Source of the DNA: Guillardia theta CCMP2712
Lineage: Eukaryota > Protista > Cryptophyta
Assembly: GCF_000315625.1 (NCBI RefSeq)
Contig: NW_005434673.1
Coordinates: 1,277,433 to 1,341,432 of the forward strand
DNA: 64,000 nt
Reading direction: 5' to 3'
Shown one piece after another: positions 24,682-36,753 of this stretch (positions are counted from its first letter, which is position 1; each line of letters opens with the position of its first letter). The position numbers and the translations under genes were made by a program. The notes below the pieces were generated by a model that did not search any database, was not told where the DNA came from, and saw nothing but the letters and a program-made list of their open reading frames with translations.

Positions 24682-24823
24682 CAAGTAAAGAGTCCTCAAC
24701 ATCATGTGCGAAGCGGTGGGAGGAAGAGGAGCCGGCAGCTAAGAAGGAGGAGGAGGATGGAGGCGGAGGCTGAAAGGGAGGAAGAGGAAGAGGAAGAGGA
24801 AGAGGAGGGACGGGAGGCACCTT

Positions 24824-26532
24824 TCAGCTTCGAATTTTCTTCATGTGGTTGGCGCACAACATGGAGTAGCGAGAGGAGGGAAGGAGGTGAAGGGGACCGC
24901 ACAACCTTTCGTAGTCCTTCCACAGCTCCCGCCAGTATACCAGAAACTGATATGGGCAATACCTGCCGGAGAAATTATCTCCTCTCCCCTCCTCTTCTCC
25001 CCCTCTCCTCTCTCCTCCTCCTCCTCTCGTCCTTCTCCCTCCTCCTCTTCTCCTCCCTCCTCCTTTCGTCCTTCTCCCTCCTTCCCCCCTCCCTCCTCTG
25101 CTTTCCCCTGACCTTTCCACCTCACTCCCTCCTCTCTCCTCTCTCCCCATCTCGCTTTCCCCGTCCCCCCGTCACCTGTCGTATATCTTTGACACTTTCT
25201 GTACTGCCCGAGCAGCAGATTTTTCATCAACGCCATGAAGGGACTTGAGGTGCCGGAGCTGCCAGACAGTGAGCAGAGAGGAAGGCGAGAGGAGGAGAGT
25301 GAAATCAGACGAGCAGGTGTGGACAAGGAGGGAGGGAGGAAGAGGAGGTCGAAAACGACAAAGGAGGAGGAGAGGGCAGCGACGCTCACGGTCTCGGAGT
25401 CAATGGCGATGTTGTTGTAGATCCCCAGTAGCATGAGCATGTTGTCTGTCTGTTCTCAGACTCACTCTCCCTTCCTCCTGTCTCCTCTTCCCTCCCATCC
25501 ACTTCCCTCCCCGTCCTCTTCTCTCTTCTCAACTCCCCCGCCTCCACTCTCACCGCGTAGGGGCCGAACCCCTCGAGGGCAAGCAGCTTCGCCCTCAGTT
25601 CGCCCTGCTGAGCCTCTCCGACGGATGGAGAGCGACAGCGTCGAGCGAGCTTCTCCAGCTCCTCCAGCTCCTCCGACTCGACAGCTCTGACGGCAGAACA
25701 ATCTTAGACACAAGCAGAGGTAACGCTAGTGTTGACGTAGATGAGCAGCAGCAGCAGCAGCAGGCGGCAGCGGCAGCAGCAGCAGTGGCAGTGGCAGTGG
25801 CAGTGGCAGCAGCGGCAGCGGCAGTGGCAGCAGCAGCGGCAGTAGGTAGCAGTGATCACGGGAGGAGGAGCTGAACCTGCGAGCGAGGCTGATGAGTCTT
25901 GCTGCTCTATAACCGACGCCGCACTCGCGCTTCAAGTCCTCAGGATCCCAAGAGCTGAGCAAGAGGGAAAGGTAAGAGAACGAAGAGCAAGACAAGGACA
26001 GCAAAGATAAGGAGGAGAATAAAGCACGATCAGCAAGAGGGGAGGGCGAGGATGCGGACAAAGACAAGAAGGGTGAGGATCAGAAAAAGGTGGACGGGGA
26101 AGAGAACGAGAAGCAGCAGCAGCAACAGCAGCAACACCACCACCACCACCACCCACAGCACTAGCTGTAGCAGCGGCAGCGGCAGCGGCAGCAATTTCCT
26201 TTGCGCTGCTGCTGCTGCTGCTGGAGCCGCTGCCGCTGCCGCTGCTACAGCTAGTGCTGTGGGTCCTCACCTCAGTTCCAAGGGAGTTGGAAAGCCGCCG
26301 CAGCTGCTGACTTTTTCACACAGCAGTTGGTTCATAGTGATCGTCCTCCCCCAGCTGAAGTTCAGCAGGTCAGCCGCTCCTCCAGCTAGCGCTCCCCTCA
26401 CCCCGCATTGCAGAGGGTGATGGTTTTGCAGGCGTCCTCAAACATGCTGGGCGATCGGAACAACCTGAGACGGATGAGAGGAGGGCCTGGAGCAGGACGA
26501 GGACGAGGACGAAGACGAGGACGAGAACGAGA

Positions 26533-26570
<38 letters not shown>

Positions 26571-27570
26571 AAGGACGAGGACAAGGACAAGGACAAGGAC
26601 AAGGACGAGGACGACGAGGAGCATCAGGAGGATGAGGACGAGGATGAGGACGAAACATTGGGGGACACGAGGTCAGAGGAGGAGGATTGGAGCCCACCGG
26701 AACCAGTGGTCTTGTTCTGCTTGTGGGAAGAGAGAACGAAACTCTTGCTCGCGTCGGTTGTCTTCAGGTGAGATCCGCAGCATCCTGGTGACCTGTCGAG
26801 AGCTGCTGAGCTGCGTGACGTGCAGAGTCGAGGGCCCCACCTGTCTAACAACCTCGCCGACTTCCTCCTCCCCCAGGCTCTCCTCCAAGAAAGCGATCAG
26901 CTCGCGTTCTGACGAGTCTTCATCCGTCCACTTCGATGCCGAGAAGCATAACTTGACATGAACCTGAACGCTCTCATTCAGAACTCTTCCTCCACTCCCT
27001 TTGCTTCTCCTCCCTCTCCTCCCTCTCCCTTCCCCTTCTCCCCTCCCCTTACCGTCTTCGATCCTCCAATGCTGAGGGGGCGGGAGAAGACTCCTGGGAG
27101 AGGTCTCCCCCAAGGACCCTCTAGCAGCGTCTGATGCGGGTCCCACGTGTTGGGGGCAAGCATGAAGAAACCATATGTGCACACATACTGAAATAGCTCT
27201 GGGGCCCCTAGGGCGACTCCGAGGCTGAGCCAGCAGGAGGGAGGGCTCTATCAAGAGGTAGGAAAGAGCTTCCTTTGAGAAACTTTATCGAGCCGAGAGA
27301 CAAGCTCACCTGCTCTGAAGTTCTTTGCAATCTGATATCCTCTCTCAAGGAAAAGCCTTTGGGTCGGTCGGAAGGTATGTCACAGGCTCTCTGGAGGGCG
27401 GTGTCTTCCGTGCTGGATAGAAGTACCTTCTGATCTTGCTTCTCACTACAGCTCTCCTCCCCTCCCCCCCCTCTGCCTTTCCTCCTCTTCCTCGCCCGCC
27501 AAGTCGAGCTTATCGGCGGCATTGCGATACCTCCGAACGTTTCCTTAGGGCACTGGTCATCCATCATCAC
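24824..27570 (-). CDS. HhH-GPD superfamily DNA glycosylase-like protein (multi-exon)
   Basis: VCTYGFFMLAPNTWDP, RLFRSPSMFEDACKTITLCNA, FPTPLEL, LKRECGVGYRAARLISLA, HhH motif LLALEGFGPYA, LLGIYNNIAIDSET, YCPYQFLVYWRELW. Start is either 27570 or about 27522. Confidence 0.75.
26151..26264. repeat. Perfect 39-bp inverted repeat (hairpin) in an intron
   Basis: acccacagcactagctgtagcagcggcagcggcagcggc (26151-26189) is the exact reverse complement of 26226-26264. Confidence 0.9.
26495..26650. repeat. (GACGAG/GACAAG)n hexamer array in intron
   Basis: Direct reading; the complementary unit (CCTCGT)n lies near 29566-29665. Confidence 0.85.
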
Positions 27571-27626
27571 CCCTCAACGCCTCTTCCAGTTCTTTTGCTT
27601 CCTTTTTTACTCCTCCCTCGTCCCCC

Positions 27627-29361
27627 ATGCAAGGACATGGCGAGTCGAGGAGGCAGAACGACAACGAGGAGGGGGAGGGGGAGGAGGACATGAACGTCAA
27701 GGTCCTCAGCGCCGACCAGCTCGCGTCTGGTACTAGCGATGATCTGCTGGATGAGGAGGATATGGACTACGAGGATGCGCTTGACGCGATGGGGGTGGGG
27801 GGTTACCAGAAGTTGCTCATGGTGGTATGCGGGCTGGCAAACGCGACAGACGCCATTGAAATCTTGTCGCTCTCCTACGTCATCCCGGAGATTGAGACTG
27901 AGATCGCCGCATGGAGCTTGGGGGCCTTGAGCTCAGCGGTGTTCGCCGGCATGCTCATCGGGGCGCTGGTTGGGGGCTTCCTGAGCGACGTGATTGGCAG
28001 ACGACCAGTGCTGATGTGCTCGATGCTCCTCAACGCCATCTTCACGGCTCTCTTTGCTCTCGCGGCAGGCGAGTACGTCATGGTTGTACTTCGCTTCTTC
28101 ACCGGCTTCGGCGTGGGAGCAAGCGTTCCTGTGGTGTTCGCTTACCCCGCTGAGGTCGTTCCCTCTGCAAACAGAGGCATGGCGATCACGGTGGTGGCGC
28201 TCTCTTGGATGATCGGGAGCATCGTGGTGGCAGGGTTGGCATGGGCCATCATCCCCTCTTACGGGTGGAGGCTCTTCGCTTTCGCGTGCTCCCTTCCCGC
28301 TCTCGCGTGCTCGATCTGCCTTATGACCGTAATCAAAGAGAGCCCGCGCTTCCTGCTGGTCAAGGGCAAGACCAACGAGGCGTCCAAGGCCGTCTCCCAT
28401 ATCTGCCGCTTCAACAGCGCGAGCTTCGGGAGCAACGAGACGCAGGTGGTGCGGATCAAGGCTCTATCCCTAGATCACGGCAACGAGAAGCTGTGGTTTC
28501 GAGTACGTCAGCTCTGGCAGCACCGCCTCCGGACTCGCTCCTTCCTTCTCGCGCTCGTGTGGATCGGGATCTGCTTCGGGTGGTACGGGCTTGCCACCTG
28601 GATCCCGACGATGCTCAAGGAGAAGAACGTTGCGCTATGTTGGGGGGAGGCATCAACAAGGAGCTGCCTGTACCAGACAGCAGTTCTTGTCGCACTTTCG
28701 AACCTTCCAGGAAACATTTTGAGCCTCTTGCTGGTGGATGTGATCGGAAGAAACACGCTGCTCTCTGTTAGCATGTTTCTCTCTGCTCTGAGCGCGATAG
28801 GAGCATGGTTGTCCAAAGACGGCGTCGCTACTGGTATCTTTTTCTGTATCTTCAATGGAGTGAGTGTCGTCGGATGGAACGTAAGTGACCTGCTTGCCCT
28901 CCCTCCCCCTCCTTCTCTCGCCCCCACTCCCCCACTCCCCCTCCCTCCCACTTCCCCACTCTTTCCCTCTCTTCCTCTCCCTCTCTTCCTTCCCCTTGCG
29001 TGCCTGGCTCTGTGCCCCGTCGCTTCTGCTCCTCACCCTACCGAACCCTCCACGTCTACTCGACCTCGTCTTGCACTGAAACGCTCGCAGATTCTTGACA
29101 TTCTTTCCACGGAGATGTTTCCCACGGCTCTTCGCGGGGTAGCGATGGGGCTTCTCAGCTCGCTCGGTCGCATCTCAGCTGCTGTGAGATCATTGAGTGT
29201 GCTCTCGTGTCGTTCTCACTCCCCAGCAGGTTGCTCAGCTGCAGTTCAGCACGGCGTCTTCTGATCAGAGTCTTCTTTTCAGTGCCATCGCTCTCAGCGT
29301 TGGGGCAGGAGCTACTCTCTTCCTGCCGAACTTGACGAAAGTTCGACTGATAGATGTGTAA
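27627..29361 (+). CDS. Major facilitator superfamily transporter, SV2/SVOP-like
   Basis: DALDAMGVGGYQ, ANATDAIEILSLSYVIP, GFLSDVIGRR, LRFFTGFGVG, AEVVPSANRG, ESPRFL, LVDVIGR, TEMFPTALRG; two 3' introns; TAA at 29359-29361. Confidence 0.9.
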
Positions 29362-29581
29362 AGCCATGTAGTCTACAAATATATGATACAAAGTCTTGTC
29401 CTCTTCGGCTCGTCTCCGGCCTTGCGTGACCTTGCTTCCTTCCTCCAGTTCCTCTGCATCCTTCATCTTCTGACCTTCCTTTCCTCTTCACTCCCTCTCC
29501 CTCCCTCCCTCCCCTCCCCTCCCCTCCCTCCCTCCCTCGCTCCCTCGCTCCCGCTTCCTTGTCCTCCTCGTCCTTGTCCTT

Positions 29582-29635
<54 letters not shown>

Positions 29636-29888
29636 TCGTCCTCGTCCTCCTCGTCCTCCTCGTCCTCCTCCTCCTTCTACTGCTCATGCTCTTGCTCGGC
29701 CTCGCTCTTCCTCCAGTTGGTTGCCCGACGTGGTGTAGAGGGCAGAAGTACCCCACCCTTTTAGTCCATTTGTGTACCCTACCCTTCTTTCCTCATATTA
29801 GTACCCCTATTTCGTTGAAATTGAATATCACCCTACCCCGATGTTTGATAAAAAAGATCAAGAGGGATTGAAAGGGTTGTTGGACCTG

Positions 29889-30110
29889 GGAGGAGGAGGA
29901 GGAGGAGGAGGAAGGAGGAGGAGGAGGAAGGAGGAGGAGGAGGAGGAGGAGGAGGAGGAGGAATAAGACCGCAAATAGGTGAACTAGCCAGGAGGAGGAA
30001 GGAGGAGGAGGAGGAGGAGGAGGAGGAGGAGGAGGAGGAGGAGGAGGAGGAGGAGGAGGAGGAGGGGGAGGAGGAGGAGGAGGAGGAGGAGGAGGAGGAG
30101 GAGGAGGAGA
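29889..30110. repeat. (GGA)n tract upstream of gene
   Basis: Long interrupted gga runs; source of the poly-P and poly-S ORFs. Confidence 0.9.
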
Positions 30111-30192
30111 AGGAGACGGGGGTGGGAGATATGGTGGGAGAAGAAGCAGGAGAGGGCGAGAGAGGGCAAGGCATGGAAAGAGGTACGGAAGC

Positions 30193-33100
30193 ATGGAGGC
30201 ATGGAGACATGCAGAGAGCGAGGAGGCGAGCGAGGGGAAGAGAGTTGTGCTGGGATTGGGATGCGATACGATAGTTGACGAGGAAGACGTTGGAGAAACG
30301 ATTGTAGCAGACAGAAATATGTGTGAAGCAGTCTTGCATTGGAGGCGTGTAGGTCATGAAGGCAAAGTAGTGTGGTGACTCGAAGTGAACAGGAGCTTGT
30401 GGATGTGGATGATGGCGATGATCGTCGAAAGCGGCATAGAACGCATCGCAAACGATGGAGACGTGAAGGAAACGTCGACTGCAACGAGTTCATCGTGCGG
30501 TTCTGTGCGGCAACCTGTGTCCTCATCCTCCTGGCGGTCTCAAGTGGGATGGCATCTCTAGGAGCATCACTGTACAGCCAGGGAAAGCTCTCCTTGTCCG
30601 ATGCCTTCTCCTTCGTGCAGCCTGGCAGCCCGTCGCTGATCAACGCGGAGGTAGCGCTACTCAAGTCAGAGATCTCTACCTTGCAAGAGACTCTGCAGGG
30701 GCTTGCGAGAGAGAAGACCGACAAGAAGAACAGGAAGAGATCGAGTGACAAGGAAGGAGGCGAGGAGGAGGACGAAGAGGTCGATGTCATTATGCAGAGC
30801 CTGCGCAGGCAGCTGGCGGCTGCTGTACAGCAAGCGGAGCGATCGCAGAACGAGTTGACAGAGCAAGTGAGGATCCGACGAGAGCTGGAGGACGCTCATC
30901 ACAAGGCGCAAGTTGAAGTTCGCAAGAAGGAGGAGGAGATCGAGTCTCTGAGGAAGCAGCGAGAGGACAACACGAGGGAGACGTTGACCAAGGAGGTGGC
31001 GAGGGCGAGAGAAGAGACCGAGCTCAAATTTCGCAACGAAGATCTGCTGAGGTTCAAGCTGAGGTGTGAGAACGAGACGGCAGAGCTGAAGGAGGAGGCA
31101 AAGGCCCTCAAGTCGGAGCTGCTCTCCCTCCGATCTCACAACTCCCAGCTCACCTACGAGGCCGATGCCATCCGGCAGGCACTGAAAGGCAACGAGTCAG
31201 CTGCCTTGGCTGCTAATGACACGACAACCACGTTGGCAGAACGAGTTCGGTCAAGCATGCGCAGCCTCGAGCTCGATCGCAACTGGCTGCAGCGGCAGGT
31301 GGAGGAGAAGGCGAGAGAAGTGGAGGAGCTGAAGAATTCTTTGAGATCCAACGAAGAGACTCTGAGAGCAGCGAGAGAGTCGCGTCAGACGTGCGAGACT
31401 GAGCACGACCTGTTGAAAGATCAAGCCGCCAACTTGAACGCGTCGTTGGCTGCTTGTCGGAGCGACGCCGAGCGAGAGCACATGGAGGTCCGTGCTGCTC
31501 TCCAGCAGAGCGAGACGAAGGTCGCATCCAAGGAGGAGGAGGTCGAGCAGTGCAAGGCTTCGCTCAAGGAGTGCGTCGATGCTCGGGCGGCAGAGGCTCA
31601 GGCTGGTGGCGAGGAGAGGACGAGGACGGAGGAGCTGCAGGTGAGGCTGGCGGGGCTGCAGGAGGAGCTCGCGTCTCGTGACCTCGCTCTCAAGGATCAG
31701 CAGGAGCCTCCTGCTCTCGCAGCCTCCAGCGACGTCGCATGCTCGGGCATCAACCGGCAGCTGCAGCAGGAGGTGGACGAGTGCAACATTTCCCTCCAGC
31801 AATGCAACGAGGCCCTCTCAGACAGGCCGCTCAAGCTGCAGGAGGATCCAGACGCTGCTCCTGCCTCTCCTGCCGCTGGTTCCTGCAATTCGGAAGAGAT
31901 AGAGAAGCTACAAGCAGATATTCGGATGGAGCAGAGGAAACGAGAGGTGGCGGAGAAGAAGGCGAAGGGGGAGAGAGAGAAGGCAGACGAGTTTCGCAAG
32001 GAGAAACAGAGTCTGCAGCAGGAGATGAGGGACCTGAAGCAGAAGCTGACGCAGTCGAGCCAGGGGCAGGAGAGCTGCGAGGAAGTGACAGCAAGTCTCA
32101 AGGCGGAGGAGAGGAAGCGAGAAGCAGCTGAGAAGAGACTGAAGAAGGAGGCGGAGAAAGTCGACTCGTTCCGCAAAGAAAAGCAAAAACTTCAGCAGGA
32201 GCTCAAGGCTCTTTCTGAGCGATGCCAACAAGGAGGGACGGCAACTGGTGAAGCCAGGGGAGCCGAAGCCTCGCAAGGAGAGGAAGGGGAGATGTGCGGG
32301 CTGACTCGAGAGTCGTGCGAGTCCGATGGCTCGAAGGCGTCTGAGACTTCGAGCTCCAAGACTGCGGAAGAGGAGGTGGAGAAGAAGACGGAGGAGGACG
32401 AGGTGGAGAAGAAGAAGAAAGAGGACGAGGCTCTTCGCAGGTGGAACGAGGCCCTCAAGGCTGATCCCAAGTCTGCCGCTCAGTGGGAGCATCGCGCCAG
32501 GCGCAAGGGCCCAGCGCTTGCATCCTCCGAGACGCAGGAGGGAGGGACAGAGGCAGAGAACAGCTTCTGCCACAGCATCGCGGGCGAGCATGCGTACTTC
32601 GACCAGGAGGAGGGAGGCTGCCGGTGCAAGGCCGGGTACACGGAGGACGCAGATGGGAGGTGTGTTGCATCGGGAACAGGCGAAGCACAGGAGGAGAGTG
32701 GAGGGACGGAGGGAGGGGGCAAGGGAGAGCAGAAGAGAGGAGGAGGAGAGGGAAGAGGCATCGGCGGAAAGGAGAAGATAGAGGAGGACGAGGTGGAGAA
32801 GAAGAAGAAAGAGGACGAGGCTCTTCGCAGGTGGAACGAGGCCCTCAAGGCTGATCCCAAGTCTGCCGCTCAGTGGGAGCATCGCGCCAGGCGCAAGGGC
32901 CCAGCGCTTGCATCCTCCGAGACGCAGGAGGGAGGGACAGAGGCAGAGAACAGCTTCTGCCACAGCATCGCGGGCGAGCATGCGTACTTCGACCAGGAGG
33001 AGGGAGGCTGCCGGTGCAAGGCCGGATACACGGAGGACGCAGAGGGGAGGTGTGTTGCATCGGGGACAGGCGAAGCACAGGAGGAGAGAGGAGAGGGAGA

Positions 33101-33221
33101 AGGAGGGGGCAAGGGAGGAGATTCCGAGGATGAAGGAGTGTTGGGGATGTTGCCTGGGATGGAGGAGGAGGAGGAGGAGGAGAGTCTCGGTAGGCTGCCC
33201 GATACCTTCGGCTCCTCCTAG
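30193..33221 (+). CDS. Membrane-anchored long coiled-coil protein with two identical-type Cys-rich EGF-like modules
   Basis: 949-aa open frame with hydrophobic FIVRFCAATCVLILLAVSSGMASLGASL, a long heptad-rich region, and 2x FCHSIAGEHAYFDQEEGGCRCKAGYTEDAxGRCV; probable short first exon from 30193. Confidence 0.75.
32391..33088 (+). repeat. Intragenic direct duplication, ~308 nt, 390-nt period
   Basis: 32391-32698 and 32781-33088 are nearly identical and in frame. Confidence 0.92.
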
Positions 33222-33562
33222 TGCTATCAGAGTAAAAGTTGCGTCAACTACCCCTACCTACCATTGTATGTACTCTCGGGCTCAGTAGCTATGGTAGGGT
33301 AGTCACGGTAGAGGTACGAATGGGGCGGCGATGGGCAACTGCCTGGGACTGAAGAGGTAGGAGGAGGAAGAGGAGGAAGGGGGAGGAGTGGAGGGGGAGG
33401 AGGAAGGGGAAGGAGGGAGGGAGGGAGGGAGAAGCGAACGAGGGAGGAGTCAGTGAGAAGCTTGTGCAGAGAAAAACCTGCCGGGACAGAAGAAGAAGCT
33501 CGGACTGCACTCACAAGGTTGGATGGTGTGACCCACGTGATTGCATAAGTTCAGCTCGCAGC

Positions 33563-34113
33563 ATGGGGAACAAGTCGTCAAAACAACAGAGGCTGGAGAA
33601 TGCTGCGAAGACAGGGATCTTTAACCTGACGGTAACAGGAAGAGGAGATGGTTGGCGCGTGTTGTTTGACAGACATGGAAGGAGAAGACTCTGACCTCGT
33701 TCCCTGAAAGCGCTCTAGATGTATGGATCCTTGCTGGGGGGATGAGCTTGACGTTCTTTGAAGATCCCAAACCTGCGTGTGTTGCACATCGAACGATGTG
33801 GAATCACAAGTTTGCCGTCTAAGATCGAAAAGCTCAGCACGAGCCTACAAGTTGTTCTCCTACCCTCCCGCCTTATTCTTCCCATCTTACATCTCCTCCC
33901 CTGTCCCTATTTCTTTTTCCCTCCCCCTCCTCCTCCCCTCCCTTTCTCTCCTCCTCCTTCTCTTCCTCTTCTCTTCCCTTTTCCATCTCCCTGACCATTG
34001 CTTCAGAGGTTGAACTTTACCAGGCAACAAGCTCTTGTCGCTTCCCCTCGAGCTCGGGCGTTTGCGCTTCCTGCAAGTGCTTGACTGCAGTAGCAACGGA
34101 CTAACCACCCTGG
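33563..34113 (+). CDS. LRRC57: LRRC57-like N-myristoylated leucine-rich repeat protein (3' end lost in gap)
   Basis: MGNKSSKQQRLENAAKTGIFNLT..LTSFP..NLRVLHI...ITSLP, GNKLLSLPLELGRLRFLQVLDCSSNGLTTL resembles the LRRC57 N-terminus (MGN...A.KTG.F.L). Confidence 0.7.
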
Positions 34114-34132
34114 TTTGAATTCTCCTCCCTCC

Positions 34133-34232
34133 NNNNNNNNNNNNNNNNNNNNNNNNNNNNNNNNNNNNNNNNNNNNNNNNNNNNNNNNNNNNNNNNNNNN
34201 NNNNNNNNNNNNNNNNNNNNNNNNNNNNNNNN
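34133..34232. other. Assembly gap (100 N)
   Basis: Run of n; truncates the 3' ends of both flanking convergent genes. Confidence 0.99.
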
Positions 34233-36130
34233 ACGAAACAGCTCAGAGCCCAATGCTCCTGCTCATGTTCTCCTCCGCTTCTCCTGCTTCTCTCACGTGA
34301 TCTGCATCCAGCATCGCTTTGCTGTACTCCTGGTCAAGTCGCTCCACCTCAGCGACGAGGACCTCTTTCTCCTGCTGCAGCTGAGACGCAAGTGAGAGGA
34401 GAAGAGAGATATGAGAATGAGAAGCGAGCGAAGGGAGGAGGAGGGGAGCAGGGAGCAGGGAGAGGGGAGAGGGAGAGGGAGAGGGGAGAGGGGAGAGGGG
34501 AGAGGGAGAGGGGAGAGGGAGAGGGGAGAGGGAGAGGGGAGAGGGAGAGGGCGAGGGATGAACTCACTTCATCCACGAGCTCTAAAAGCTGTTTTGCTTC
34601 TGAGGTCTTGGCTGCAATCTCTTCCTTCATACTTCCCTCAGCCTCATGGAGCCTTCGGTTGTCCTCTTTCGCCTCCTCCAGTGCTGATTCCAGCTCCTTC
34701 ACCTTCTCTTTCGCCTGCTCCTGCTCCTCCTGTAGCCTCTGAAAATCTCCAAGGGAAAATGAGATTTGAATTTCCAGCTGTCGATTGACAGCCACAGAAG
34801 CTTCCAGCTCCTCCTCCAGCCCCTCGATCCTCCTCCTCGCCTCCTCCTCCTCCCTTCCCTTCCCTTCCTCCAGCCCCGCGTACGCTGCCGTCATGTTGGC
34901 TAGCTCCTCCTCCAGCTCCTCGATCCTCCTCCTCGCCTCCTCCTCCTCCCTTCCCTTCCCTTCCTCCAGCCCCGCGTACGCTGCCGTCATGTTGGCTAGC
35001 TCCTCCTCCAGCTCCTCGATCCTCCTCCTCGCCTCCTCCTCCTCCCTTCCCTTCCCTTCCTCCAGCCCCGCGTACGCTGCCGTCATGTTGGCTAGCTCCT
35101 CCTCCAGCTCCTCGATCCTCCTCCTCGCCTCCTCCTCCTCCCTTCCCTTCCCTTCCTCCAGCCCCGCGTACGCTGCCGTCATGTTGGCTAGCTCCTCCTC
35201 CAGTGTAATGATCATCATTCTTGTTTCTTTTTCGCTTCTTGCACGTTGCTCGCACAAATCTTCCATGATGGACTTGTCACGCAGGAGTGACTTCTTCTGA
35301 GACGAGATGAGGCTGACTTGAGACAGGAGCATCGTCTTGTCTTGCAAAGTCTGCTCAAGTTCGTCGCTCAGGTTTTCGTTTCTTGTCTGTAGCTCTCTCA
35401 CTCTACTTTCTTGCAGTGCTAGCTGATGCTCGAGCTCCTCTAGCCTCCGAGTCTTCTCCCTCAAAGCAGTCCCCAACTCATTCAGCTTGTCCTTCATCTC
35501 ACTCTTCTCCCCAAAGAAAGCATCCATTGTGTGAACCGAACGTTGGCACCTTGAGATGAGCTCGAATGACCTTCAAGCTCGGTGAGATTGGTTACAAACA
35601 ACAAGTTATGTACCTTATCGTCGACTGCTTCACATAGTTCTGAGTGAAGAGCGTTTTCAATCTTGCAATATCATCCAAGATGACGCTCTTGTCATATTCT
35701 TTCATGTCAGCACGAGCTTCGATGAAGGCAAGCATCTTGTCGCTAATCTCAAACACAAGATCACGAGGACGGCAACCTTTACTCCTGATTGTAGATCTAG
35801 TCGAATCACTTTCAACTTCCGTGTTTCCATTCTGCGAATCGTGACACTCTAACAACCCAGCCTGGTCTCCCTGTAATCCATCTATAGTCGAGATAACCTT
35901 CTTAATGTCCAAGAGCTCCTCCTCCATGTCATTGTCGCGTAGAATGGTTTCTATGTTCTCAACCAATCTCTTCTGCACGGAGGAAAGATTCTGAAAACGA
36001 CATCGCTCTTGCACTAGAGTCTCCTCGAGGATTTGCAGTCTTGACTCTGCTCCCCTGCGGTCACAGATAAAACGAGTTAGTGAAGCAGATCGATAGCATA
36101 CTCGAGAGTCTGCGTGATGTTGGTAGATAA
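34233..36130 (-). CDS. Coiled-coil protein with internal 32-aa tandem repeats (3' end in gap; start uncertain)
   Basis: ORFs 35592-36014 and 34349-35527 are both E/K/L-rich helical sequence separated by a short intron. Confidence 0.65.
34805..35203 (-). repeat. Coding 96-nt tandem repeat x4
   Basis: Encodes LEEELANMTAAYAGLEEGKGREEEEARRRIEE four times almost identically. Confidence 0.92.
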
Positions 36131-36753
36131 GAAGTATGATGTTGGTAAGTGATACGTGTAGTGTTGATAGAAAAGATATTTTGGCTTCTAGATAAAGTGT
36201 GAATTTTCCGAAAGATCTTGATGATTCTATAAGCCGAATGTCGATGAAAGATCGAAAGTCTCAACCATCCACGTCTGGGAGCTTGAGAGTGATGGCGAAC
36301 ACATGGCAGCGGTGCACAAGTGAGCGGGGGTACATCATAGATGATATATCATGTATCATCATACAACATGGTGGGAGAGAAGTACGGGATGAAGCAGGAA
36401 TTGTGGAATCTCATATAACTATCTCCATCCTCACCGAATCTGCATGAACGCATGCGCAAAGGTTGCCGCGCTCGCCATCCCTGCCATCGACGCTAGCATT
36501 GCCCGCGCCATTTCGAAATCAAAATTACACGCCTCGGGATGGGTGGTCAATACAGGTCCGTGTATCAAAAGACTGCAAAGGTGGGGTAGAAAGACGATAT
36601 TTAGGGGGTAGATGGTACTGCGATGTAAATGATGGGGGTAGGGGTGGTGTTAACCGAACACCGTTGCAATGGGGTGCGGAGGGACGAAGATGGTGGATGT
36701 GATGGAAGAGCGAGAAGAAGAGGGGAGGGATGTAACATCGGCTTTGATTGTTC

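Noticed and set aside
29793-30357. Poly-Pro, poly-Ser and poly-Leu ORFs (also near 11.4-11.8, 21-24.7 and 26.4 kb)
   Set aside because: Frames of GGA/CCT microsatellites.
31908-32981. Long antisense ORFs opposite the coiled-coil, EamA and RPC1 genes
   Set aside because: Shadow ORFs of high-GC3 coding sequence.
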